Positions 1 to 12,290 of a stretch of 64,000 nt of DNA are shown piece after piece. The number at the start of each line of letters is the position of its first letter. Position 1 is the stretch's first letter. The notes beneath the pieces are model-generated. The model had not been told where the DNA came from. It saw only the letters and a list, made by a program, of their open reading frames with translations, and did no database searches. This stretch comes from the human T2T-CHM13v2.0 reference genome, Homo sapiens: NCBI RefSeq assembly GCF_009914755.1, contig NC_060930.1; one strand, 5' to 3'. The translations under genes and the position numbers were made by a program.

Positions 1-1555
1 TCCTCAAAAATGCCCCCAAATAAGACCTGGAAGGGGATTCCACACTTGGCTGTCTCTGCAGAGCCACAGGCAACAACACAGAGGTGCCATGATTTATTTA
101 ATGGAAGCTTGGTAGTGACTCAATATCAAGAACTCACCTTGAGAAGCCACATTTCAAGTATCTGAAAACAACTGGCAGGCCTTTATTCAAATACTTTAAA
201 TAGATCAAAGCTGTTTATTCTCTAAACTCCTCTCCCCTTCTTACACATTTTAACCAAGTCAATGTTTTCCTTCTATTTCTCTCAGAGGTCTAAACATCTC
301 TAAACTATATTTGGCCTAAAGTTTTGCTTGACCACATGATTTTAAGAACTGTTGAATTTGAGTGCCATTGCCAGGGAAGCTGGGAAGATGGCTGGATACC
401 AGCATTTACAAAGGTCTCATCACTCCATGAGTGATAAATTCCCATTTCTCACATGGTTCCTATGGGCTGGGAGTAGGAGTCCTCAATTCATTGTCCTTCT
501 GAAAGGCCCAGATCTATGAATTGGGAGATTACTTGTATTCAGCAGTTACATTTTCTACTTTTTGTGGGCTTTGAGGAGATTAGAAGGGGTAAGAGAAAGA
601 TATTTGACATACTTCTTTCTCTACCCCTCAAGACTAAATAAATACTAACTCAACTATCTTACTACTTCAAGTTTCTAAATAAATCTCCCATTCAGGGTCA
701 GGCTAATCCCCTTAACTCTCCTCTCCAGTATCATTCTGATCCCATCCGACACCTCCCAAACTGAGCCTCAATGCCTTTCCCGCATGGACCCGCCTCTGGC
801 TGGTGAAGCCAAAGGTCCTGAGAGCATGCATGTGGACAGAGCTAGGCAGGTTTCCTTGGCGTCTCCTGGGGACGTCACATATTATCCTCCATTATGATTG
901 TCACAGTACATGGTATGAGCAGACAATAGATTTTAAGGCACTTTAAAAAAATGCTTGTGTAAATGAAATGGAGCATTTGGATTCAATTTAGTAGCCTTAT
1001 ACAATATCTGCTTTTTATTTCAGAGAAGACTTCTGAGGTAGCTGATGAACATGCCGGCAGAGAGGTTGAATTCCGAGGTGAACCAGTCATTCCAATCCAA
1101 GGGAGACAGCGTTTGGAAGCTTTAATGTAAACAGAAACCCTGCGGGACTCACTTGTGCATACAGCTGTCAAAACAATTCAATATCCAGAGATAAACAGGG
1201 TATAAGACACCCACTAGTATATTATACTGGAATGCAACATCTTTTTAAAATTATGTTGCCATATTCTGTACTTTATCGAGTACCTTCCATTTTAATATTT
1301 CATCTAATAGACTGTAATTTGGCACTTTGGGTAGTAAATAGTGAATTAAATGCTGATGTGGCTTATTAGGGCAAGTAAATTTGAAATCAAGTATAGTGAT
1401 AGCATTATAATGTGACATGTCATCAGTTTACAGAAGAGATTTCTCAAAGGAACACAGAGTTCTGAATACATGGGTGTTGGTATCATCATAGAGAACAGCA
1501 AGTATTCATTATTCATTTAGGAAAGGAAATGTGTACCTGGATAATAGTTTAAAGC

Positions 1556-1706
1556 TATATATATATATATACACACATATATATATGTGTGTATATATAT
1601 ATATGTATATATACACACATATATATGTGTGTATATATATGTATATATACACACATATATATGTGTGTATATATATATATATGTATATATACATATATAT
1701 ATGTAT
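1556..1706. repeat. Compound (TA)n/(CA)n/(TG)n microsatellite built from three tandem palindromic units
   Basis: Purine-pyrimidine alternating tract; the core TATACACACATATATATGTGTGTATA is its own reverse complement and recurs three times with variable TA length. Confidence 0.95.
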
Positions 1707-1755
1707 CATTAACATCAAGGCTGCATGAACCAATTTGCTTTGCACAAAGACACAG

Positions 1756-1960
1756 GAGAGGTGGTATCAAGTAGTGGAAGGAGTTGTGGCTTTGGAGTTA
1801 AAGATACTCATTCAGATTCTATCATTTGCTAGATATAAGCCTTGAGAAATATACTTCTGTGGGCTTCAATGCTCTCTACTGTTTAAAAAAAAACCTTGAA
1901 AAATTCCACCTTGCAGCATTGTTTTCAAATTGTCAATTTCAACTGGCGCTCAGTGAATGG
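1756..1960 (+). mobile_element. MIR SINE, degenerate
   Basis: gtagtggaaggagttgtggctttggagtta...ccttgagaaatatacttctgtgggcttcaatgctctctactgtttaaaa resembles the MIR 5' part and core. Confidence 0.6.
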
Positions 1961-3496
1961 GAGGTGTTGGAAATGAAGACATTCAGCACATAAATAAGGA
2001 AGTAAGGTGTTTAAGAGTCTGTATCACTGGACCTATGGGCAGTCTTTCTGGGCCACTGTCAAGCCTCCCTTTTTGAGAAGCTACAACAGCCACATGGGAG
2101 AGTCCAGCGACCAGAGTGGCCGCCGTGGTCCAGATAAGGAAAACCGCCATGGATTCAGCCAGACTTAGAGCAGGATCCGCAGGCGAACCGTTCTTCCTCT
2201 TCCAGCTATTTCTGGATAAGCCCACTGTGTCCCTTCCTCTGCAGAGCACACCTGCATCTTTGATTCCCCACCTTGAAGTCCTTGTCCTTTCCTAGCCTGA
2301 GTCATTCCACTCAGCTCAAAAGACAGTGTCTGGGCATCGTCTCCATTGGAAGACAGTTCCTGATGTTTCCTAAAGTTCTCTTTACTCCCCCGTCACATCC
2401 TCATAGCATGCAGCAATAAATAGAAATTACCCTGTTTTTCAATTATATTTCTATAACTATTGTTGCCCTCCTCCCTTTCAGTAATGTAAAAAATTTTCAC
2501 AGTATCTTCTGTATCCTAATTTTCCCCACTCAATTCGATTTTTGAGATGAACTGGCAGCTGCCTATTACCTTTTACTTTTTCCTCTCTAAGTGATACTTT
2601 TAGTAAGCAATTTACAGCTACCTCCAAGGTGAATTTGTGTGTAACTTAATTACATTCACTTATACCCTCATTATAATTACAGTAGCTTAAAATCCCCATC
2701 TGTGGAACAAAAGATGTTTCCATTTATCATGTTTCTATTGTGTATAAGCTGTCCTTAATATTAAACACCACAATACTCTCAAAAGATGAGACTATCTCTG
2801 GTAAATGCTATACCTGTCCCCCCCACTATCTCTTTATAAATGCCTCAGTTAAAAATGATATGTTTTTACCATTACGCACTTTTTTCTGATTTTTTTTTAT
2901 TAGTCCAAAGAAATAAAGTGCTAACAAATAGCTGGGTGGATGAAGTGAGTGAGGCCATTAATATTCTATACTGATAGTTAATATACATTCTCTTTTCCAC
3001 ATTACGTCCTTAGACTTCAGGCATAACTCCAAGTAAAAATTCAACAGAATAAGGAAAACTGCATTCATTAGTAGAATTGTTTTTCTTTTTCCCTTATAAC
3101 ACAGCACAATTGCAGATCAGGAGACACACAAGCAGACCTCCCAGACTCGTGGGTCACACTTAGGGGGTTATTGGTCAAAAATTTCTGGATATCTGCTTTC
3201 TGAGAAAGTAGCAAGATTTTGCTGGCATTTACTTTTTGATAATTAAAACTAGATTTTTATTTTATCCTATAATCGGTAGTATTCTCCCCCACTCAGAGTC
3301 ATAAATAAGGTTAAATAGTACAAGACGTATTTAGTCACCTAATGATGCTGATGATCCATCTCAGCCAAAACAAATCCTTAAAACCAGGCAAATAATATTA
3401 ATCTCACAAAAGAAGCAACTGTTAACTAGAAATGGAAATCCAATTAAATACATTTCCTGAATAATTAAATAATAATGAAAACTTGAGGAACATGTA

Positions 3497-5889
3497 CAGG
3501 CATACCTCAGAGATACTAAGGGTTCAGTTTCTGACCACTGTGTAAAGTGAATATAGCAATACAGGGAGGCATACAAGTTTTGTGGTTTCCTAGTGAATAG
3601 AAATGTTACATTTATACAATGCTGTAGTCTATTAAGCGTATAATAGCATTATGTATATAAAAACAGCATACAAACTTTAATTTAAAAATACGTTATTGCT
3701 AAAAAATGCTAACAATTACCCGAGCCTTCAACAACTGTAATCTTTTTGCTCATGGAAGGTCTTGCTTTGATATTGATGACTGCTGACTGACTAGGATGGT
3801 GGTTGCTAGAAGTTGGGATGACTGTGGCAATTTCTTATAAAAAGACAACAGTGAAGTTTGCTGCACTGATTGGCTCTTTCTTTCATGAAAGATTTCTCCA
3901 TAGCATATGATGCTGATAGCATTTTACCCAGAGTAGAATGTATTTTCAAATTTGGAGTTAATCCTCTCAAACCCTCTCAAAGCCACTGCTTTATCAGCTA
4001 AGTTATGCAGTATCTAAATCCTTGGATGTCATTTCAACAACGTTCACAGCATCTTCACCAGGAGCACATTCCATCTCAATAAACTGCTTTCTTTGTTCAT
4101 CCGTAAGAAGCAACTCCTCACCTGTTCATGTTTTATTATGAGATTGCAGCAATTTGGTCACATCTTCAGGCTCCAATTTAATTCTAGATCTCTTGCTATT
4201 TTCACCACATCTGCGATGACTTCCTGTGCTGAAGTCTTGAAGACCTCAAAGTCATCCATGAGGACTGGAATCCACTTCTTCCAAACTCATGTTAATGTTA
4301 ATATTTTGACCTCTTCCCATGAATCACAAATTTTCTTAATGACATCTAGAATGGTGAATTATTTCCAATTAACTTTTCCCAGTTCCATTAGAGGCATCCC
4401 TACCTATGGCAGTTATAGCCTAATGAAATGTATTTCTTGAATAATAAGACTTGAAAATTAGAATTACTCCTTGATTCATGGGCTACAGAATGACCGTTAT
4501 GTTAGCAAGCATGAAAACAACATTCACCTCCTTGAACATCTCCATCAGAGCTCTTGGGTAACCAGCTGCATCATGAATGAGTGGTAATGTTCTGAAGAGT
4601 CATTTTTTTCTGAGCATTAGGGCACAGTAAGGCTCAACAGTGGACTTAAAATATTCACTCGAGTATGCCCTAAACACAGGTACCATCATCCAGGCTGTGT
4701 TGTTGCATTTACAAAGCAAGGTCAGAGTAGATTCAGCATAATCCTTAAGGGCCCTAGGACTATCAGAATGGTAAATGAGCATTAGCTTCAACTTAAAGTC
4801 ACCAGGTACATTTGCCCTTCACAAAAGGGCAGGCTGTTCTTGGAAGCTTTGAAGCCATGCATTGATTTTTTCTCTTTAGCTATGAAAGTCCTGGATAGCA
4901 TCTTCCAATAGAAGGCTGTTTCATCTACACTGAAGATCTGTTGTTTACTGTTGTCACCTTCATCGATGATCATAACCAGAACTTCTGGGTGACTTGCTGC
5001 AGCTTCTACATCAGCACTTGCTGCTTCACCTTACATGTCTATGCAGTGGAGATGGCTTCTCTCCTTCAACTTCATCAACCAACCTCTACTACCTTCAAAT
5101 GTTTCTTGTGCATCTTCCTCACCTCTCTCAGCCTTCATGATATTAAAAAGAGTTAGACCCTTGTCTGAATCAGGTCTTGGCTCAATGGAATGTTGTAACT
5201 GGCTTGAACTTCTATTCAGACCACTAAAATGTTCTCCACATCAGCAATGAGACTGTCTCACATTCATATTATTTATGTGTTCACTGGAGTAGCACTTCCC
5301 TCAAGAATTTTTCCTTTGCATTCACAAATTGGCTATTTGGCACAAGAGGCCTAGTTTTCAACCTGTCTCAGTTTTGGACATGGCTTCCTCATTGAGCTAA
5401 ATTATTCCTAGCTTTTGATTTAAAGTGAGAGATTTGCAACTCCTCCTTTCACTTGAATGCTCAGAGGCCACTGTAGGATTATTAGCTGGCCTGATTTCAA
5501 TATTATTTTGTCTCCGAGAATAGGGAAGCCCAAGGAGAGGAAGAGAGGTGGGGGAACTGCTGGTCAGTGGAGCAGTCAGAAGACACACATTAAGTTTGCC
5601 ACCTTGTAAGGGAGCAGTTCATCGCACTCCAAAACAATAAGATCAAAGATCACCGCTCACAGATCACCAAAGCAGATAAAGTGATAAACTTTAAAATATT
5701 GCAAGAATTACCAAATGATAGAGATAGAGTGAGCACATGTTGTTGGAAAGATGGTGCTGCTAATAGACTTGCTTGATACAGGGTTGCCACAAAGCTTCAA
5801 TTTGTAAAAAAAAAAAAAAACAAAAAAAAAAAACACTCATTATCTGCAAAGCATGCTAAAGGGAAGCATGGTAAAATGAGCTGTGCCTG
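3497..5889 (-). mobile_element. Tigger1 DNA transposon (TcMar-Tigger), near full length (~2.39 kb), transposase disrupted
   Basis: TIRs CAGGCATACCTC (3497, preceded by TA) and GAGCTGTGCCTG (ends 5889). Minus-strand ORF pieces [37 protein letters not shown] and KLMLIYHSDSPRALKDYAES match the pogo-type DDE transposase. Confidence 0.95.
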
Positions 5890-5944
5890 TGATACCAGCA
5901 AATATTTATTACACGCTGCATTTCTTTAAATTGTCTTATATGGC

Positions 5945-6070
5945 GGGTATTACTTTTTCCTATTTCACAGGTCAGAAAGCTGCAATGCAGAGAGGAGAAA
6001 TGATTTGTTTAAGGAAGTAGAGTAAGTAGGCATCAGAGGCAGCATTACATTAGCTTCGAAGTCTTTATTT
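5945..6070 (-). mobile_element. MIR fragment
   Basis: tattactttttcctatttcacaggtcagaaagctgcaatgcagagagg matches the reverse-complement MIR core. Confidence 0.6.
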
Positions 6071-7294
6071 TCACTAAAATACCCTGCCTTCCCCTCCCTT
6101 TTGTTGCTCTGTGTCCCACTTTAGTATGAAGGGGCCTATGTTTATATCACAGTAAAGTCATGACTTAAGTAGTTTTAGACATAGTATTTCCCCCCTCATG
6201 AAATTTAACTCCTGCAGCCTATTCTATTTCTTTAACAAAGACATACAGAATCATATTAATTATCTTTTTAAAAAACCTGAAAATACCATCAAGATACTTA
6301 TGGAACTCACATGAAAGTGAAATAGGGAGTATGTCCCCATTCCCTCAAGGAATTGAGTAATAAACTAAGTTTTAACCACCAATGGTAGCAGGTTTGCATG
6401 CCACTTCACCCAGATAACATAAACACACCAGTTATCTGCAACCCCTGTACGCCCAACATGGTATAAAGCAAAAAGAGAACCATTTAACAGCTTTTATATT
6501 AGCTAGTCATTCCAGTAATAAAACAGGAAGACAATCATACATAAATGTCACCACACAAAAACTTTCTCTATTACTTATTAATAACCAACCTGATAATATC
6601 ATTAACGGCTTGTAGAGCTAATTGCGGTGGCTTTTTACTGCTCCCTTTGATATGTGCACTATCCTGAGGAGGATAACATCTGTTAGATCTAACTCATCCC
6701 AAACATCAAATGTGACACCGTGGTGTTTAAATAACTTGACTGCGCGCTATTTCAGCAGGTCCTTTCCCGCTCTCCTTTCTCATCTTCACAAGGCTGACCA
6801 CAGGCAGAGGCCTTCCTGTGCTCATTACTGAGTTTCATGCAGACACGATGGAGTGGGAGGGAAAGTTTATTACCTTCATTCTGCTTGAATCCATCCCTGA
6901 CTTTTTGGTCCTTCACAGATTTCTTTGGGAAAATAAAAATGATATATTGTTTTCTGAACAAAAGGAAATTAATTTCAATCTTTTAAAAACCAACTTGAAT
7001 GTTATTCAGTTCGGTTTTTTCCCTAAAAAAAAAAGTTTCAGATTCCAAAGTTTTTCAAAAAGTAACTTCAAATTTCATCTATGTCAAAATAAGTAAAATA
7101 GGTCCTCTTGTCCTATTGAGAATGACAAGCTCAGTATAATCTTGGAAAAATCAATTTCTATAAATGACTAACCCGCCAATTGTATTTTGATTTTTTTTAA
7201 AAAAAGAGGTGCCTATGCAGATGCAGGATACATATAAATATAGAGTCAACCATCTCCTAGTGACTCAATCATTAAATATTTAGCTGACTTAAAT

Positions 7295-7505
7295 TACACT
7301 GCATGCATGGGGACTACAGTTAATGACGATGTATTGTGGAAAATGCTGAGAGACTGGATGGTGTGTTCTCCCAGCAAAATGCTAACTAAGTGAGGTAATA
7401 CATTTGATAATTTGCTAAATTTAACCGTGCCACAGTGTCTGTCTACTTCAAAACAGCACGTGGTATATAATAAAAACATATAATTTTATGTCAAGTTTAA
7501 AAGTA
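7295..7505 (+). mobile_element. L1MA-type LINE-1 3' end fragment
   Basis: catggggactacagttaatgacgatgtattgt...aaaatgctgagaga...aactaagtgaggtaatacatttgataatttgct...atataattttatgtcaa resembles old L1MA 3' UTRs. Confidence 0.75.
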
Positions 7506-7823
7506 TATTTATACTAAAAATTAAACTCATTTTTAACCCTATAGTTTATGTGAAACTATATGTTATGTAACTGAAATATTTTCACCTAATGTGAAATCTT
7601 GTCTCTGCTCCTGCCACAAAACAGAAACATGAGAAAGTCCACTCGTACTTGTCAGAGGTGGGTTCTCTTCATCTTGCTGATTCCTCTGGTGGGTCTGGTA
7701 AGGCTGAGCTTGGTGTTCCCTGGACTCCCAGAATGGTTTGGGTCCAGCACTGGGCTGGCCCTCAGGAGGCTGCCCTGCACATCCCCGTGCCTGTGCTGGG
7801 TTCCGCCCCAGCCTGTCTGTGAA

Positions 7824-7876
7824 ATATGCGTGTACGTACGTGTGCACATATGTGCGTGTATGCATGTGTGTGCGCA
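7824..7876. repeat. Mixed purine-pyrimidine alternating (TG/CG/TA) simple repeat
   Basis: atatgcgtgtacgtacgtgtgcacatatgtgcgtgtatgcatgtgtgtgcgca, 53 bp of uninterrupted R/Y alternation. Confidence 0.85.
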
Positions 7877-8690
7877 GGTATAAGGGACAGAGACAGACAG
7901 ATGAACACAGATGGAGAAAGAAAAATTGGTAGGTTGTATTGAGATTCCAATCAAAATCTAAAATATGATTTTATAGTTTCAAACTCAATCTAAACCTTTT
8001 TTGCAGGGTAATGTTTTATGACTAAGCAGACGCAGAAGTCACTCTCAAATAAATATAGACTACGTCAATAAGGTAACATTGCATTCAATTATCTCCCCAA
8101 GGCAGAATCCCTGTCTTTTCTAAATGATGTAAATACCTTGTTCTCTGTGTCCACAATTTAAAATGGAAGTTAATTAAAAAGTCGACTTGAGCAGGGACCC
8201 CAAATATAGATTCATTTATTTATTTATTTTTAAGTTACACAAAAGTATTACTATACTAGGGTGCACACTACAAAATATGCTAATAGAATTTTTGAAGCAA
8301 TGATGTGAATAAAATGAATGAAACATTTTAGAAGGTTCATAAAGGCAACAAGAATTGAAAATCCAGTAATTACACACTAAGAAAAAATAAGCAAAAAAAA
8401 AAAAAAAAAAAAATTTCTCCAACCAAATGTTTACTGGAAGGCTGTGATAATTTTTATACTAAAGGTTATTATTCTGAACAAAAGCTTATTTTTTTCCTTA
8501 GTAATAGTTCTTAAGCTCAATTTACAAGCACAAATTCTCTAATCTTATTGTGAGAAGGCTGTTACGAATAATTTTTGTTGTTCATACAGAGAAATTGAGA
8601 AACAACGATAATAATTGCTCAAATTATTGAAGTTAAGAAGAAAATAAAAATTAATGGTCTAGTGTTTATTCTTATAAACCCTCCTCACAA

Positions 8691-8698
8691 CACACACA

Positions 8699-8764
<66 letters not shown>
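8691..8764. repeat. Compound microsatellite (CA)13(GA)24
   Basis: Directly read. Confidence 0.97.
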
Positions 8765-8767
<3 letters not shown>

Positions 8768-9035
8768 TTTCCACTTGTCTGCAAATAGTCCCTAAGGTTC
8801 TTAGCCAAGGTGTGTACCTCAAAGTCTAAAGTATGAAGACTTAAAAGTGGAATCAACAGAGCATTTTATCATGAAAGCCACACAAGTGTGGTATCTGAAA
8901 TGGTGTTCTAAACATCCTTCGAATGCTGCCTTTTCTTCACCTTATTGCCAGGAAAAGCACAGAAGAATGCGTCAGGTGGAAATCTGCATGGGAGGACAAG
9001 CAATGAATCAAGGTGGCCTCTGGCTGAGTAGATGC

Positions 9036-9200
9036 ACTCACTCATTCCTCCAACCAGCGCTGTCTGTGCTAACTCCATGGCGGAATTCCTCTGAGTGCTG
9101 GGGAACACAACAGTGAACGTGACAGACAAGGTCCTTGTAAAACACACGGTCTCGTGGGGAAGGCAGAGCCAACAACACAAAAATATTCTCTGCAAAGCAG
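9036..9200 (-). mobile_element. L2 3' end fragment
   Basis: actcactcattc...gtgctggggaacacaacagtgaacgtgacagacaaggtcctt is typical reverse-complement L2 3' sequence. Confidence 0.65.
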
Positions 9201-9722
9201 AGAACTGAGGTAAACTCGTGTGGTTGTCAGTGACTGGGGTGTTATTTTAGGAGAAGGCTGAATTCATGCAATTCTTGAGTTAATTATGTTCTTCGGGCTG
9301 GCCCTGGGGACTGCAGTGGCAATGGACCAGGTTTCATTGCAGGAGGAGGGTGTTGGCAGCGACTCTGGGCAGTGTGGGGCTAGGCCGAGGAAGGCGCCTG
9401 AGGAGACAGACACCCTTCCTCTCTGACCTCTAGGGCCCAGGTCCAGCTTCCCAAGACACCCAGCACAAGGAAAGCTCCAATCGTCATCTTTCATTTCTAT
9501 CAAGAGTGACACTTACGGATCTCTAACAACGTTTCTATCCAATTTTGGGTCTCTAACTATGTTTCTATCCTGATGAAAAAAGCCAGAGGGTTTAATAAGA
9601 AAATGAAAATTAAATGCACTACTTCCTCACTTAGCACACAGCAAGGTTGAGGGGCAGCTTTTCTGAGCCTGACCCTAGGAATTTCCTAACTCAGGTCAAA
9701 AGGTGACTGACTCCCAAGCCAA

Positions 9723-9830
9723 AGGTCTCTAAGGACAGGTGTGTTAATAACACCACTGCCATGGGTGGAGCTTTCAGAGGTCTCCAAGGACAGATGTCTT
9801 AACAACACTGCTGCCATGGGTGGAGCCTCT
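9723..9830. repeat. Diverged two-copy ~55-bp tandem duplication
   Basis: aggtctctaaggacaggtgtgttaataacaccactgccatgggtggagc versus aggtctccaaggacagatgtcttaacaacactgctgccatgggtggagc. Confidence 0.9.
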
Positions 9831-10824
9831 CTGTGCCACGTACTGTGCTCGGGGAGGGACATGAACCACCTCACCCTGGACCCCTCTCTCTTCTCCAGTA
9901 TCTGCATTACATGTGCCCAGGGGGCCCTTCTCTACTCTGCTGGGATGCCAGCATCTGGCCCAGCATCTGGCACAGAACAGACTCAGCCCAAATGTAGAAT
10001 ATAAAGTCGGGTATGGGGGTCTGATGCCCTGGCAAAGGAACTGAAAGACTTACCCACTGTCCAGTCCAAAGTCCCTAAAAGAAAGTCACAGAGGCCAAGA
10101 CCCCAGACACTTTTTGTCCCCAACACCCAAAGCTTCATTTTAAAATCCTTTCAGTTCCTCCAGAAAAAAAAAAAAAAAAAACAAAAAAACCTGACCCTCA
10201 ATTCTTAGACATTTTATGTAAATGAGGAGAAAGTAAGGTGCTAGCCCTTCCCGATCACTTCTTGTTTTGAATGGATGTGTGAGTCCTGCCAAAGTGCAGG
10301 CTAGTTTGTGTTCTCCAAATGCCTCCTAGCTCAGTGAGGGTGGTGTGCGCAGGGCTGGGATGGGCCACACAACATATAGGAGCCCAAATAGCAAGAAGGC
10401 AGTTGGAGCACAGCTTAATCCTGTTGAAAGAAGCCACCAAGAAGAGCTGGGGCACCGGTGGGTGCAGGTGATGAGCAAAGCTACCTTCTTCCCTAGGTAA
10501 TGATTGCCCATGGGGAAATAATCAGTAATTCTTCATCTAGGAAAATACTAGTTGCTGTTCAGAGCCTCTGACTGGAAGTGAGGCATTTCCAAGTATCAAA
10601 CAATGATTAAAAGAAATAAAAAACCTTTGCATCTTGGCATGCTCATTTAAGAAAGAAAACAAAATAGACGTACACACAGCCCATTTGCATTCCCTCTACC
10701 CAGTCTAAAAGGTGTCCGATGATTCATTTTAATCATTTACCAATTTCTTGGTAACCAGTGTGTATTGCAGCAGATACTTGGCAAAAGCATGTTAATTTGC
10801 TACTAATATCTGTATAAACCAGAC

Positions 10825-10960
10825 ATTAATATTCTCAATTTACAAATAAGCAACCAGAACTTCAGCGAAGATAAGTAACTTAGCCAAGATTATCCTTCTA
10901 ATAAGTGGTAAAGCTGGAATTCAAACACAGGCCTAGTGGAGTCCAAAGCTTTCCCCACTC
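10825..10960 (-). mobile_element. MIR fragment
   Basis: attctcaatttacaaataagcaacc...aagtaacttagccaagatt...ctaataagtggtaaagctggaattcaaacacagg. Confidence 0.75.
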
Positions 10961-11459
10961 CTCAGTAAAAAGCTAAACAAACTTCCTAATTTTCTGAGCT
11001 TCCTACATACTCTTTGCACTAGGGTAACAACCCCATGGCTGGCTTTATTGCAGAGTTTCTCTGCACTGGCATTTGGCCTTTGCCTGTCTAATTTTGGCTA
11101 GTTGCATAAGATTCTCACTTAGTGCAGGCTCAAGGTGAGACAGTATTTTTGTTTTTTCTTAGGTTTATCTCTGGAGATTGCCAATGCTTGCAAGAATAGC
11201 AATGCTATCATTAACCTAATAATGTTGGATTAACTTCAAGAGCTGGGTAATAGCGCCAATGTTCATTTCCCGTAAATGTTGGAAACTCCTTTAACCTCAT
11301 GAGATCCTACATAACGTGGGAAAGAGTCCAGTTCTGACTCCAAAATCTTAATAATTCACTCTTTCGTTAACTGCTTTTTAAAAATTAAATGTATAACACC
11401 AAATAGTGAAAAATAATAATAATCAGTTTGTACCTAAATTTCTTTAAAGAAATTTTTAG

Positions 11460-11901
<442 letters not shown>

Positions 11902-12290
11902 TAAGGTATATTAACGGTCAGTTTAGTATTATTTGACTATTTGTTAACATAATAGGAGTAAAACTTAACACTTTTTAGGGTAGAGATGGTACAAAAAATT
12001 AAAGTGTAATAAATATAAATCTATAAAAACAGAAGTTAAATAAGAAGAAATCTTCTGGGGAAGAAGAAATAATAGAGTATAGATTATTCTTAACGTAAGT
12101 CAAATATTTGATAAGGACCACAGGCACCTTCTTTTAATTCAGATGCTGAATTTTCTTTAGTCCTAGAAAGAAGTGTTGTTAGAATTCCAAGGATATTTGG
12201 ATGAAACTTCGCTGTAAACTCACGTGGAAACTATTTTAGCTGGCCACAGATGTGAAACTAAAAATGTTGAAATACTTATTTCAAGTGCAT

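Noticed and set aside
983-1171. 62-aa minus-strand ORF with a possible acceptor, and a + strand acceptor at 1023
   Set aside because: No recognisable protein similarity, and the donor sites are weak on both strands.
1509-1774. Four overlapping Tyr/Ile-rich ORFs
   Set aside because: Translations of the stop-free TA/CA/TG microsatellite.
4093-5588. ORFs resembling a TIGD1-like transposase gene
   Set aside because: Short frameshifted fragments of a decayed Tigger1; there is no continuous ORF.
7563-7954. Cluster of 60-100 aa ORFs on both strands
   Set aside because: Explained by locally higher GC and the R/Y simple repeat; no known domain and no convincing splice pair.
11214-11305. Minus-strand open segment DLMRLKEFPTFTGNEHWRYYPALEVNPTLL between AG and GT
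   Set aside because: Poor polypyrimidine tract, weak donor (gttaat) and no recognisable homology.
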